Below are positions 19,332 through 28,750 of a stretch of 64,000 nucleotides of DNA, piece after piece. The notes under the pieces were generated by a model that searched no databases, had not been told where the DNA came from, and saw nothing but the letters and a program-made list of their open reading frames with translations. Source of the stretch: an uncultured bacterium. GTDB lineage: Bacteria; Verrucomicrobiota; Verrucomicrobiia; Limisphaerales; UBA8199. Position numbers and translations under genes: made by a program. Position 1 is the stretch's first letter, and each line of letters starts with the position of its first letter. The DNA is taken from NCBI GenBank assembly GCA_963749495.1, contig CAVVMW010000006.1, positions 288,001 to 352,000 on the forward strand, read 5' to 3'.

Positions 19332-20990
19332 GTGGACAAATCAAAAATCAAGATTTTGGTGGTTGATGACGAGCAAGGGCTTTGCGCGGGCATCCAGGAG
19401 GCCTTGCGCCGCGAGGGCTACGTGGTGGACGCCACCACCGACGCGGCTGCGGCAGCGCGGCAGGCCGAGGAGCGGCTTTACAACCTGGTGATTTCGGACA
19501 TCAAGATGCCCGGGGCCAGCGGCCTGGACTTGCTGAGCCAGGTCCGCGCGCGCACGCGGGACACGTTGTTCATTCTCATGACCGCCTATGGCACGGTGGA
19601 GAGCGCGGTCGAGGCGATGAAGCAGGGGGCCTACGATTATCTGCCCAAGCCGCTGGACATGAAACGGCTGCGGGCGCTGGTCCAGAAGGCGCTCGAGTTC
19701 CAGGCCGTCGTGGCCGAGAACAACGAGCTGCGCCTGCGCTTGCAGACGCGCTCGGAACCGAGCCTGCTGGTGGGCGAGAGCGAGCCGATGCGCGCCATTG
19801 CGCGGCTGATCGAGGAGGTGGCCAACAGCGACGTGACGGTCCTGATCGAGGGAGAGAGCGGCACAGGCAAGGAGATCGTGGCCCGCTCGATCCACATGCT
19901 CAGCGCGCGGCGCGACAAGCCGTTTATCTCGGTCAATTGCGCCGCCCTGGCCGAGCAGTTGCTCGAGGCCGAGCTCTTCGGCCACGTCAAGGGCGCCTTT
20001 ACCGGGGCGGTCGCCAACAAGCCCGGCCGCTTCCAGTTGGCCGATGGCGGGACGCTCTTCCTGGACGAGATCGGCAACCTCTCGCCCAAGGGCCAGGGCG
20101 ACCTGCTGCGCGTGCTGGAGGACAGCGCCTTCCGGATGGTGGGCGGTTCCGAATTGATCCGTGTCAACGTCCGCGTCATCACCGCCACCAACAAGCGGCT
20201 CCAGGAGGCGGTGCACCAGGGGAAGTTCCGCGAAGACCTTTTCTACCGTGTGCAGATTGTGCCGGTGGTGATGCCGCCCTTGCGGGAGCGCGCCGAAGAC
20301 ATCCCGCTGCTCATCGAGCGGTTCTTCGAGCATTTCTGCGCCAAACACAAGCGCCGCCGCAAACGGATGTCCGCCGAGGCCCTCCAACTCAGCCAGCGAT
20401 TCCCCTGGCCCGGCAACGTGCGCCAACTGCGCAACGCCATCGAGCGCCTCGTCATCACCTGCCGCGAATCCGTCGTCCAGGTCGAGCACCTCCCCGATTT
20501 CCTCCGCGACTATGACCGCAAGACCACCACCTTCACCGTCCGCGCCGGCACGCCCCTGGCCCAGGTCGAGAAGATGCTCATCCGCCAGACCCTGACCCAT
20601 GTGACTGCCAACCGCGAGGACGCCGCCAAGGCCCTGGGCATCAGCCGCCGCGCCCTCCAATACAAGCTCAAACAATATGGGCTGCTCGACCTGGAAAACC
20701 CGGCGCGGCCCCAAGGCCGCGGGCCGCTGCAAACCAGCCGCCCGGAGGGGCAGGGGACTGCCCCGCAAGCCGAGCCCCGGCCCGGCCCGAGGCGGATCCA
20801 TCAGCCACACCGCAAGGGACCGCCACGGGCCTGTAGAAGGTCGGAGGGCGAACTTCGTCCTGAGATTCTCTCCCCGTCTGTGCACACACCAGGCCCAAGC
20901 CGGTGCAGGAATTGCGCCGAACCGCTCCCCAGGGCCGGGGAATCAGTTTGGGAAGGGGCCGTGGAATTCAATGCAAGTCACTGTGCATAA
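19332..20990 (+). CDS. Sigma54-dependent response regulator (NtrC family: REC-AAA+-Fis HTH)
   Basis: ILVVDDE, SDIKMP, GESGTGKE, GAFTGA, LFLDEIG, WPGNVRQL, AAKALGISRRALQYKLK; then about 100 aa of low-complexity tail. Confidence 0.93.
   Translation: MDKSKIKILVVDDEQGLCAGIQEALRREGYVVDATTDAAAAARQAEERLYNLVISDIKMPGASGLDLLSQVRARTRDTLFILMTAYGTVESAVEAMKQGAYDYLPKPLDMKRLRALVQKALEFQAVVAENNELRLRLQTRSEPSLLVGESEPMRAIARLIEEVANSDVTVLIEGESGTGKEIVARSIHMLSARRDKPFISVNCAALAEQLLEAELFGHVKGAFTGAVANKPGRFQLADGGTLFLDEIGNLSPKGQGDLLRVLEDSAFRMVGGSELIRVNVRVITATNKRLQEAVHQGKFREDLFYRVQIVPVVMPPLRERAEDIPLLIERFFEHFCAKHKRRRKRMSAEALQLSQRFPWPGNVRQLRNAIERLVITCRESVVQVEHLPDFLRDYDRKTTTFTVRAGTPLAQVEKMLIRQTLTHVTANREDAAKALGISRRALQYKLKQYGLLDLENPARPQGRGPLQTSRPEGQGTAPQAEPRPGPRRIHQPHRKGPPRACRRSEGELRPEILSPSVHTPGPSRCRNCAEPLPRAGESVWEGAVEFNASHCA
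20903..20917. promoter_or_regulatory. Candidate enhancer (UAS) 1, GTGCA-N5-TGCGC
   Basis: Starts 114 bp before the sigma54 promoter at 21017; same motif and spacing as UAS 2. Confidence 0.55.
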
Positions 20991-21016
20991 ACCTGTTACA
21001 TCATCACTACAGCTCC

Positions 21017-21032
21017 TGGCACAGCCCCTGCT
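21017..21032 (+). promoter_or_regulatory. Sigma54 -24/-12 promoter 1
   Basis: TGGCACAGCCCCTGCT fits GG-N10-GC and lies next to a sigma54 activator gene. Confidence 0.7.
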
Positions 21033-21110
21033 CTCGGACAGGCCGGTTGCTTTTGTTTGAGAGCAACCGAAAAAACGAAATCTAAAATCAGCTTAACAGT
21101 CCAGTCCATT

Positions 21111-21290
21111 ATGAGCGAAACAAATACTCCTGCTACAACGAACCCGACGCCCTGCGCCTGCTCCTGCTCCGCAGCCCCGGCCACGCCGGCTCCCGTCCAA
21201 GCCGCCCCGGCCCAGCCCCCGGCGCAGCCTGCCGCCGCCCCGGCGCCTGCCACCCCGAAGCCTTCCAAGCGCGGAGCGCGCAAGCGCTAG
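21111..21290 (+). CDS. Small protein (59 aa): CxCxC motif, Pro/Ala linker, basic tail
   Basis: ATG about 80 bp after the sigma54 promoter, following an A-rich leader; host-like codon use; terminator downstream. Confidence 0.55.
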   Translation: MSETNTPATTNPTPCACSCSAAPATPAPVQAAPAQPPAQPAAAPAPATPKPSKRGARKR

Positions 21291-21386
21291 TCTGCGGCAA
21301 CGTTCGTTTCCAGAAGCATCGAAGTGCTTCCAGAGCCATTCAGGAGGAGGGTGGGACGCCGCTAAAGGCATGCTGAGAGTTAACTC

Positions 21387-21431
21387 AAGCTGGCGCTGCT
21401 CAGGAGGAACGGCAGCGCCAGCTTCTTTTTT
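21387..21431 (+). terminator. Rho-independent terminator
   Basis: 13-bp stem aagctggcgctgc/gcagcgccagctt followed by cttttttgtttt. Confidence 0.8.
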
Positions 21432-21473
21432 GTTTTCGGGGATGTTGTCCGTTCTGGCATTTCTTCACACCTT

Positions 21474-21700
21474 CGTAGCGGCGCCTGAAAACCGCGAAGC
21501 CTTCAGGCGTCGCTACGCGACGCGCGAGCATTCCCACGCCCCGAACCGTGGACCGAGGTCCACGGCTACCTTCACTGCGTCGCTCCGCGACGCGCGCTGC
21601 GTCCGGTTCACCGCGTAGCGGTGGCCGATGGCAGCCGTGGACTTTCAGTCCACGGACCGGCAGTCCAATCTCCCCCGCGTCGCGTAGCGACGCCTGAAAA
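21474..21700. repeat. Nested palindromic repeat (CGTCGCTACGCGACG / CGTGGAC..GTCCACGG type)
   Basis: ttcaggcgtcgctacgcgacgcg (about 21502) pairs with cgcgtcgcgtagcgacgcctgaa (about 21676), with internal hairpins. Confidence 0.8.
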
Positions 21701-21784
21701 CTGGCGCCAAGGGCCGCATGTCCCGTGGTCCCGTGGTCCCGTGGTCCCGTACATCCTTGCCCTGCACGCGTTTGGAGTTTGGCA

Positions 21785-21799
21785 GTGCAAACACTGCAC
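21785..21799. promoter_or_regulatory. Candidate enhancer (UAS) 2, GTGCA-N5-TGCAC
   Basis: Perfect inverted repeat starting 112 bp before sigma54 promoter 2. Confidence 0.6.
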
Positions 21800-21896
21800 C
21801 ACGGCCTGAGTAAGGCCCCGGGCCCGGCCATGACGACGCAAGCATGCTCGTTTTATCTCATTGTGATTCAGTGGCTTATGTCGTGATGCCCCAACC

Positions 21897-21912
21897 TGGT
21901 ACGCAACTAGCG
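21897..21912 (+). promoter_or_regulatory. Sigma54 -24/-12 promoter 2
   Basis: TGGTACGCAACTAGCG fits GG-N10-GC. An IHF-like attcagtggctta lies about 30 bp upstream. Confidence 0.65.
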
Positions 21913-21925
21913 TCTAGCCGGACCT

Positions 21926-22366
21926 GTGAATGTTGTGATCCAGAGCCTGTTGAAACTGCAAGCGCTCGAGTTCGGGGACGTCACCGGCAAGGGCATTGCA
22001 TCTCAGATCGCTGAATTGCGCGCGCAAATTCCATCGCCGGTCCTGGCGCACTATGACCGGTTGCGCGTCCGGGGCAAGAAGGGGGTGGCCATTGTCCGCA
22101 ACCATGTCTGCACAGGCTGCCACATGCAGCAACCCATTGGGAAGATCACGATTCTCATGCGGGACGAGGACGTTCAGTTGTGCGATAGCTGCGGTCGTTA
22201 CCTCTATCTGCCCGGCCCGGCGGAAAGTGAATTGGTCGAGCGCATGGCCAGCGCCAAACCCAGCGGGAGCGAGCAGGCCCCGGCCAAGCCCGCCCCCAGG
22301 CCTGCCCCCAAGCCGCGAAAGCGCAAGGAGCCCAAGGCCCTGGCCAAGGCCCTGGCCACCGCCTGA
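21926..22366 (+). CDS. C4 zinc-ribbon domain protein (zf-RING_7/DUF164-like, no long coiled coil)
   Basis: HYDRLR..GKKGVA...CTGCHM...CDSCGRYLY, with a Lys/Pro-rich tail. Confidence 0.8.
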   Translation: MNVVIQSLLKLQALEFGDVTGKGIASQIAELRAQIPSPVLAHYDRLRVRGKKGVAIVRNHVCTGCHMQQPIGKITILMRDEDVQLCDSCGRYLYLPGPAESELVERMASAKPSGSEQAPAKPAPRPAPKPRKRKEPKALAKALATA

Positions 22367-22420
22367 GCTTCGTGGACTGAGCCAGAGCCGTCCGCACTGC
22401 CAATCCTGGATTTCTCTCGC

Positions 22421-22921
22421 ATGCCACTCGATGCGACCATTGCCGTTACTGTCCCGGCCACGCTGGCACAATTCACGCGGCGGACCCTGGTAGTGCCGGA
22501 ATTGCGCGACCGCGACACCGCCGGAATCATCAGCGAGTTGAGCCAGGTCTTGCAGCGCGAGGGGTGCGTGACGGATGTCCTGCCCTTCTACCACACCGCT
22601 CTGAACCAGGAACTCTTGTCGAACTCCGCCATCGAGTGCGGGCTGGCCCTTCCCCACGCCCGCCTCAACGGGGTGAAACGACTGACCTTCGCGCTGGGGC
22701 GCACGCCGGAGCCGGTGATATGGGGGGCCAAGGGCTCGTGGCCTGTGCAGTTTATCTTCCTCCTGGCGGTCCCGGCCACCGATGCCGCCGGCTATTTGCA
22801 CCTCCTGGCCAGCCTGGCGCGCCTGGGCCAGCAGCCCCAGATACTCGATCAACTGCGCGCCGCTGAGAGTGCCGAAGCCGTTCTGGCCGTGCTCGAGGGG
22901 ATCAGACTGCGCCAAGGATGA
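22421..22921 (+). CDS. PTS EIIA domain protein (fructose/mannitol/Ntr type)
   Basis: GLALPHAR phospho-His motif; VQFIFLLAVP; YLHLLASLARL. Confidence 0.85.
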   Translation: MPLDATIAVTVPATLAQFTRRTLVVPELRDRDTAGIISELSQVLQREGCVTDVLPFYHTALNQELLSNSAIECGLALPHARLNGVKRLTFALGRTPEPVIWGAKGSWPVQFIFLLAVPATDAAGYLHLLASLARLGQQPQILDQLRAAESAEAVLAVLEGIRLRQG

Positions 22922-23236
22922 CGCCAAGGGTTGACCAGGACAGGGCCGGGCACGCCGGCAGCCGGCGCGCGCAGGCCCCGAAGGGCGCGTTGCGTCTCTG
23001 CCGGAGCGCGGACAGTGCCCTCGCGCTCGGGATCGAAATCCCGCGGCAAAAGCGGCAGAGGACTGCCGCAGTCCAAAACGCTTCGCGAAAGGGCGAAGCG
23101 CCACGGAAGTCGCGCCAGCGTCTTGGACTGCGGCAGTCCTCTGCCGCTTTCGTGCGGGGAATGCATTCTCATTTCGAGTGGCGCCGAGCTCCTCGACCCT
23201 CGACCCTCGACCCTCCCTCCTTTTGAGTTCCAGCCC

Positions 23237-25273
23237 ATGGCTCTGCTCCTGAAACTCGCCCTGTGCGCTTATGCAGCCGGCGCGGCCGGCAGCTTGCTCT
23301 GGTCCGGACGCCCCAAGACGGCCACATGGATGGGCTTCGGCAGCGCGGCGGCGGCGGGCCTGTGCGGGCTGGCAGCGGCCATGGCGGGCCTGGCCCCCGG
23401 CGGGAGTGGCGGGACCCCGCCGTTCGACCTGTGGCACTCCTCGATCCCGTATGTGAAGCTGACGCTCAAGCTGGACCCGCTGGGCCTTTTCTTCGTGCTG
23501 ATCGTGTCCGTGCTGGCGGTGGCCTTGTCGGTCTATTCGCTGGGTTACGTGCGCGGCCTTTATGGGCGCAAGAACGTTGGCGTGCTCGGGGCGTTTTACA
23601 ACCTGCTGCTGCTGGCGACGACGCTCGTGTTTTCAGCCGCGAACGCGTTTTTCTTCCTGATCGCCTGGGAGATCATGGCGCTGAGCGTCTATGGCCTGGT
23701 GAGTTTCGAGCATGAGAAGACCGAGTCTCGAAACGCCGGCGTGCTCTTTTTTGTCATGTCGCACCTCGGAACGGGTTGCCTGATCCTGGGTTTCCTGCTG
23801 CTGTTCCAGGCCGCCGGGGACTTCAGTTTCGAAGGGTTCCGCGCGGCGGCCCCGGCGATGTCCGCCGACAAGCGCAACGCGGCGTTTCTGTTGTTCCTGT
23901 TCGGTTTCGGTGTCAAGGCCGGCATCGTGCCGTTGCACGTCTGGCTGCCCGAGGCCCACCCGGTGGCGCCCAGCAATGCCTCCGCCGCCCTCTCCGGGGT
24001 GCTGATCAAGACCGGCATCTACGGTCTGACACGCGTGCTGTTCGATTTCATGGGCACGCCGCCCAACTGGTGGGGCGTCACGGTCCTGACCATCGGGACC
24101 GTCTCCGCCGTCCTGGGGGTGCTCTATGCCCTCATGGAGCACGACCTCAAACGGTTGCTCGCCTATCACAGCATCGAGAACATCGGCATTATTCTCATGG
24201 GGCTGGGCGCCGCGTTGATGTTCCTGCACAGCGGCCATCCCATCCTGGCGACGCTGGCCCTCATCGCCGGGCTCTATCACACGATCAATCACGCCATCTT
24301 CAAGGCACTCCTGTTCCTGGGCGCGGGCGCAGTTGTGCAGTGTACTCACACGCGCAACATGGAGGAGATGGGCGGGCTGATCCGCCGCATGCCCGCCACC
24401 GCCCTCTGCTTCCTGGTCGGCTCCGTGGCCATCTCGGCCCTGCCGCCCCTGAACGGTTTCGTCAGCGAATGGCTCACCTACCAGTCGCTCTTGCAAGGCT
24501 TCGGCACGACCAGCGACCTGGTGCGGGTGCTCTTCCCGCTGAGCGGGGCGATGCTGGCGCTGACCGGCGCGCTGGCGGCGGCGTGTTTCGTGAAGGCCTT
24601 CGGCATCACCTTCCTGGCCCAGCCGCGCAGCCAGCAGGCGGCCCAGGCGCGCGAGGCCTCCCCGACGATGCTGGCCGGGATGGGTTTGCTGGTGGCGGCG
24701 TGCCTGTTCCTGGGCCTGATGCCGGGGACGTTTGTGACGCTGCTGGATCCGCTGACGCGCCAACTGACCGGGCGGGAGTTGAGCGGGATGCTGAGCCTGA
24801 GAGGCGGCCTGGTGCTCACCAACGGCCGGGAGCTGGGAGGCAGCGTTTCGACCCTGGGCATGCTCCTGATGGGACTTTGCCTGCTGCCGGTGCCCTTGGC
24901 GTTGCGGCTCTTCTTCGGGAGCAGGAGCCGGGTCCGCATCGGGCCGACCTGGGACTGCGGCCTGCGGGGCCTGGCGCCCTCGATGGAATACACCGCCACT
25001 GGTTTCTCCAAGCCGATACGGATGATCTTCAAGGCCCTGTTCCGGCCCCGCCGCGAGGTCCAGCGCGAGTACGATTACTCGCCCTACTTCGCCACAACGC
25101 TCCGGTTCGAGAGCCATATCGAGGAGGCATTCGTCACCCGCATCTATCGGCCCCTGAACCGCGCCATCCTGCGGTTCGCGCGCCGGCTGCGCGCCCTTCA
25201 GGCCGGGAGCATCCAGGCCTACCTGATCTACATCTTCGTCACGTTGTTGGCGCTCCTGCTCTTCGCGCTATGA
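23237..25273 (+). CDS. hyfB: Hydrogenase-4 component B-like antiporter subunit (Ehr complex)
   Basis: AWEIM, KAGIVPLHVWLPEAHP, LKRLLAYHSIENIG, LPPLNGFVSEW, WDCG. Confidence 0.88.
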   Translation: MALLLKLALCAYAAGAAGSLLWSGRPKTATWMGFGSAAAAGLCGLAAAMAGLAPGGSGGTPPFDLWHSSIPYVKLTLKLDPLGLFFVLIVSVLAVALSVYSLGYVRGLYGRKNVGVLGAFYNLLLLATTLVFSAANAFFFLIAWEIMALSVYGLVSFEHEKTESRNAGVLFFVMSHLGTGCLILGFLLLFQAAGDFSFEGFRAAAPAMSADKRNAAFLLFLFGFGVKAGIVPLHVWLPEAHPVAPSNASAALSGVLIKTGIYGLTRVLFDFMGTPPNWWGVTVLTIGTVSAVLGVLYALMEHDLKRLLAYHSIENIGIILMGLGAALMFLHSGHPILATLALIAGLYHTINHAIFKALLFLGAGAVVQCTHTRNMEEMGGLIRRMPATALCFLVGSVAISALPPLNGFVSEWLTYQSLLQGFGTTSDLVRVLFPLSGAMLALTGALAAACFVKAFGITFLAQPRSQQAAQAREASPTMLAGMGLLVAACLFLGLMPGTFVTLLDPLTRQLTGRELSGMLSLRGGLVLTNGRELGGSVSTLGMLLMGLCLLPVPLALRLFFGSRSRVRIGPTWDCGLRGLAPSMEYTATGFSKPIRMIFKALFRPRREVQREYDYSPYFATTLRFESHIEEAFVTRIYRPLNRAILRFARRLRALQAGSIQAYLIYIFVTLLALLLFAL

Positions 25274-26211
25274 GTGCTCTGTTGTCCCTCCTCTGCCAGA
25301 CCGTGTTGCTGCTGGCGCTGGCGCCGCTGGTGAGCGGGTGCATCAGGAACTGGAAGGCCAAGCTCCAGAACCGGCGCGGGCCCCGGCCGTGGCAGCCGTG
25401 GCTGGACCTAGCCAAGTTTCTGCGCAAGGACATGGTCATTTCCGAGCATGCCTCCTGGGTCTTTCGGGCGGTCCCGTACGTGATGCTCCTCTCGACGCTC
25501 CTGGCGGGGCTGATGGTGCCGCTGGTGAGCGCCTCGGCCCCGTTGCGGGTCTTCGGCGACGCCCTGGCGCTTGTGGGCCTTCTGGCCCTGGGCCGCTTCT
25601 TCCTGGCCCTGGGCGGGCTGGACCCGGGCAGCGCCTTCGGCGGCATGGGCAGCAGCCGGGAGATGACCATCGCCGCCATCGCCGAGCCGGCGCTCATGCT
25701 GGCTATCTTCACCGTCGCCATCACGGCGCACTCCACCGACCTGAGCCAAATGCTGCTGGCCGCCCAGGGCCCGACCTGGAGACTGCTCAACCCGGCCCAC
25801 GTCCTGGCCTTTGCCGCCCTGTTCATCGTCCTGCTGGCCGAGACCGGGCGCATCCCCGTGGACAACCCCTCGACGCACCTCGAACTGACCATGATCCACG
25901 AGGCGATGCTCCTGGAGTACTCTGGCCGTTACCTGGCGCTGATCGAGTGGAGCGCCTCTATCAAGCAACTGGTCCTGATGGCGCTCCTGGTCAATATCTT
26001 CTTCCCCGTCGGCATCCCGGCGCTCCTGACCCCCGCGACGCTGGCGGTGTCGTCCGCCTGGTTCCTGGCCAAGCTGCTCATCCTGGCAGGCGCGGTCGTG
26101 CTGGTGGAAACCACTAACGCCAAGCTGCGGCTGTTCCGGGTCCCCGACCTGCTCAGCACCGCCTTCATCCTGGCCACGCTGGCCTTGCTCTCGACGTTCC
26201 TCTTCCAGTGA
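25270..26211 (+). CDS. hyfC: Hydrogenase-4 component C / NuoH-like subunit
   Basis: ATGA overlap with hyfB; LQNRRGP, FGGMGSSRE, ETGRIPVDNP..HLELTMIHEAM. Confidence 0.88.
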   Translation: MSALLSLLCQTVLLLALAPLVSGCIRNWKAKLQNRRGPRPWQPWLDLAKFLRKDMVISEHASWVFRAVPYVMLLSTLLAGLMVPLVSASAPLRVFGDALALVGLLALGRFFLALGGLDPGSAFGGMGSSREMTIAAIAEPALMLAIFTVAITAHSTDLSQMLLAAQGPTWRLLNPAHVLAFAALFIVLLAETGRIPVDNPSTHLELTMIHEAMLLEYSGRYLALIEWSASIKQLVLMALLVNIFFPVGIPALLTPATLAVSSAWFLAKLLILAGAVVLVETTNAKLRLFRVPDLLSTAFILATLALLSTFLFQ

Positions 26212-26218
26212 CCTTTCT

Positions 26219-26887
26219 ATGAACCCGCCCCCATCCGAGCTGGCCTCCCAGTGGATAACCCTGCTGGCTGCGGCAATGCTGGTCATCCAGCTCCTCATGG
26301 TCGTGCAGCGCATGCTCCTGACCACCATCCGGCTCTTTGCGCTCCAGTCCCTCATGCTGGCCATGATTGCCGCCATCATCGCTTACTTCGATAACGCCGC
26401 GCACGTCTATTGGGTCGTCGCTCTCACCGTGGTGGGCAAGGTCTTTTTCCTGCCGTGGCTGCTGGACCGCCTGGTGCGGCGCATCCAGATCGTCCAGGAG
26501 ATCGAGCCGCTCCTCAACTCGACCGCCTCGATGCTGCTCTGCGGCGCCCTCACGCTCCTGGGCTATATTGTCGCCCGCCCTTTCACCTCGCTCGAGCGGC
26601 TGGGCAACAATACCCTGGCCACTGCCATCACCCTCGTCTTGACCGGGTTCTTCCTCATGTTCAACCGGCGCAAGGCAATCACCCAGGTCCTGGCACTGCT
26701 GGCGGTCGAAAACGGCGTCATGCTGGCGGCCGTCGCGCTGACCACCTACGGCATGCCGCTGGTCGTCGAGGTTGGAATCTTCTTCGACCTGATGGTGGCG
26801 GTGATGGTCCTGGGCATCCTGGTCTATCGCATCCGCTCGACCTTCGCCTCGATGGATGTGGGCAAACTGAGCCAGTTGCGAGGATGA
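26219..26887 (+). CDS. hyfE: Hydrogenase-4 component E-like membrane subunit
   Basis: RRKAITQVLALLAVENG; MPLVVEVGIFFD; LSQLRG end. Confidence 0.85.
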   Translation: MNPPPSELASQWITLLAAAMLVIQLLMVVQRMLLTTIRLFALQSLMLAMIAAIIAYFDNAAHVYWVVALTVVGKVFFLPWLLDRLVRRIQIVQEIEPLLNSTASMLLCGALTLLGYIVARPFTSLERLGNNTLATAITLVLTGFFLMFNRRKAITQVLALLAVENGVMLAAVALTTYGMPLVVEVGIFFDLMVAVMVLGILVYRIRSTFASMDVGKLSQLRG

Positions 26888-27193
26888 ACCGAGTGCGGAG
26901 TGCGGAATGCGGAGTGCGGAGTGTGCCAGTGGGAATGTTGGGCTTGGATTGGGGTGCGGGCAATGACGAATGACGAATGACGAATGACGAATGACGAATG
27001 ACGAATGACGAATGAGGACTAGCAACTCCAGTGTCGCAGCCGGATGGCCCCTCACCCCGGCCCTCTCCCCATCCGATGGGGAGAGGGAGAGCAGCGGGTG
27101 CGTCCGCAGTTGCTCCCTCTCCCCATCCGATGGGGAGAGGGTAGGGGTGAGGGGCCGCCCGGGCGGTGCGGCGGACGAGTTTGGAACATTTGA

Positions 27194-27245
27194 ATTTCGG
27201 ATTTCGGATTTGTTTCGGATTTCGGATTTCGGATTTCGGATTTCG
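27194..27245. repeat. ATTTCGG heptamer array
   Basis: Tandem gatttcg units inside the hyfE-hyfF spacer, together with GCGGAGT, GAATGAC and family C repeats. Confidence 0.85.
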
Positions 27246-27265
27246 TGGCTGGGAGGTGGTGCCCC

Positions 27266-28750
27266 ATGCTGACGGTTCTGCTGATGGTTCCTGTCGCGGC
27301 GGGTCTGCTGTGCCTGGTGCTGCGCTCGGTCCGCCTGATGGAGGCGGTGAACGTGCTTGGCTTTGGCGTTGCGCTGGGGTTGGGCGTGCGGTTGCTGGGC
27401 CTGGTCCTGGCCCGGCAAGTGGTCACCGAGTGCGGCGAGTTCTTCCGTGCCGATGCCTTGAGCGCGTGGATGGTCCTGCTGATCGGCGTGGTCTCGCTCG
27501 GCAGTTCGCTCTACGCGGGGCGTTATTTCCGGCGCGACCTGGAGGCCGGCACGGTCACGGTGGGCCGGGTGAAGGAGTTCTTTGTGCTCACGCCGCTGTT
27601 CGCGGCCGGGATGTTGCTGGTGGTGCTGGCCAATAACCTCGGGGTGATGTGGTTTGCGCTGGAGGCGACCGCCCTGTCGTCGGTCCTTTTGGTGGCGCTC
27701 TACAATCGGCAGACCTCGCTGGAGGCCGCCTGGAAGTACGTCATCCTGGGCAGCCTGGGCCTGGCCTTGGCGCTCCTGGGCACGGTCTTCACTTATGCCG
27801 CGGCCATCGACCAGCACAACGCGTCGGCGCTGCCCAGTTTCAACTGGTCGCATCTCATGGCGATAGCGGGCCAACTGGACCGGCCCATGATCAAACTGGC
27901 GTTCGTGTTCGTGCTCGTCGGTTACGGCACCAAGGCCGGCCTGGCCCCGATGCACACCTGGCTGCCCGACGCCCACAGCGAGGCCCCTTCGCCCACCAGC
28001 GCCATGCTCTCGGGCGTCTCGCTCAAGGTCGCCCTTTACGCCCTGCTCCGCTTTCACATCCTGACCACCGCTTGCCTGGGTTCGGCCTTCAGCGGGACGA
28101 TGCTGTTGGTCTTTGGCCTGGCCTCCATGTGCCTGGCCGCGCCGTTCATCCTGGTCCAGACCAACCTCAAACGGCTGCTGGCCTATTCGAGCCTCGAACA
28201 TATCGGGCTGATTTGCGCCGCCATCGGCCTGGACTCGCCCCTCACCGTTTTCGGCGCGCTCCTGCACATGGGCTATCATGCCCTGGCCAAGCCGGTCCTG
28301 TTCTTCGCCGCGGGCAATATCCACCAGAGCTGCCACACCCTGCAGATGCGCCTCATCGGCCCAGGCATGGCCAAGGTGCTGCCCGTGACCGCCCTCTGCG
28401 CCGGACTGGCCGGGGCGGCGGCCATTGGCCTGCCTCCCTTCGGCCTGTTCTTCAGCGAAATGACCGTGCTCAGCGGCGGCTTTGCGGCCGGCCACATCGC
28501 CGTCACCACGCTCCTGCTGGCGGCATTGCTGGCCTCGTTCTGCGGCATCCTCTACCAACTGACCCGCATCCTGCTCGGCGCCCCCAAACGGACGCGCCCC
28601 AGCGATGCGGCCCCGCTGGATGGTGTCCCGGCGATGGCCTTGATGCTGGGCGCGATGCTGGTCTTCAGCCTCTGGCTGCCCGGACCGCTGCACAGCGTAA
28701 TGCGCCAGGCCGCGACAATTATTCGGGGAACCGGAGCAGGAACCTGGTGA
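27266..28750 (+). CDS. hyfF: Hydrogenase-4 component F-like antiporter subunit
   Basis: SLEAAWKY, GYGTKAGLAPMHTWLPDAHSEAP, KRLLAYSSLEH. Confidence 0.88.
   Translation: MLTVLLMVPVAAGLLCLVLRSVRLMEAVNVLGFGVALGLGVRLLGLVLARQVVTECGEFFRADALSAWMVLLIGVVSLGSSLYAGRYFRRDLEAGTVTVGRVKEFFVLTPLFAAGMLLVVLANNLGVMWFALEATALSSVLLVALYNRQTSLEAAWKYVILGSLGLALALLGTVFTYAAAIDQHNASALPSFNWSHLMAIAGQLDRPMIKLAFVFVLVGYGTKAGLAPMHTWLPDAHSEAPSPTSAMLSGVSLKVALYALLRFHILTTACLGSAFSGTMLLVFGLASMCLAAPFILVQTNLKRLLAYSSLEHIGLICAAIGLDSPLTVFGALLHMGYHALAKPVLFFAAGNIHQSCHTLQMRLIGPGMAKVLPVTALCAGLAGAAAIGLPPFGLFFSEMTVLSGGFAAGHIAVTTLLLAALLASFCGILYQLTRILLGAPKRTRPSDAAPLDGVPAMALMLGAMLVFSLWLPGPLHSVMRQAATIIRGTGAGTW

Noticed and set aside
19069..19491. 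ORFs with WTVDCGL, SFVIRHS or [10 protein letters not shown] peptides
   Set aside because: These are translations of intergenic repeats.
20700..20990. Novel C-terminal domain on the sigma54 regulator
   Set aside because: It is low-complexity read-through into promoter DNA, most likely a lost or late stop codon.
26165..28693. Very long antisense or alternate-frame ORFs (e.g. 842 aa here, 653 aa at 4967, 595 aa at 39940)
   Set aside because: These are shadows of high-GC genes on the other strand and have no motifs.
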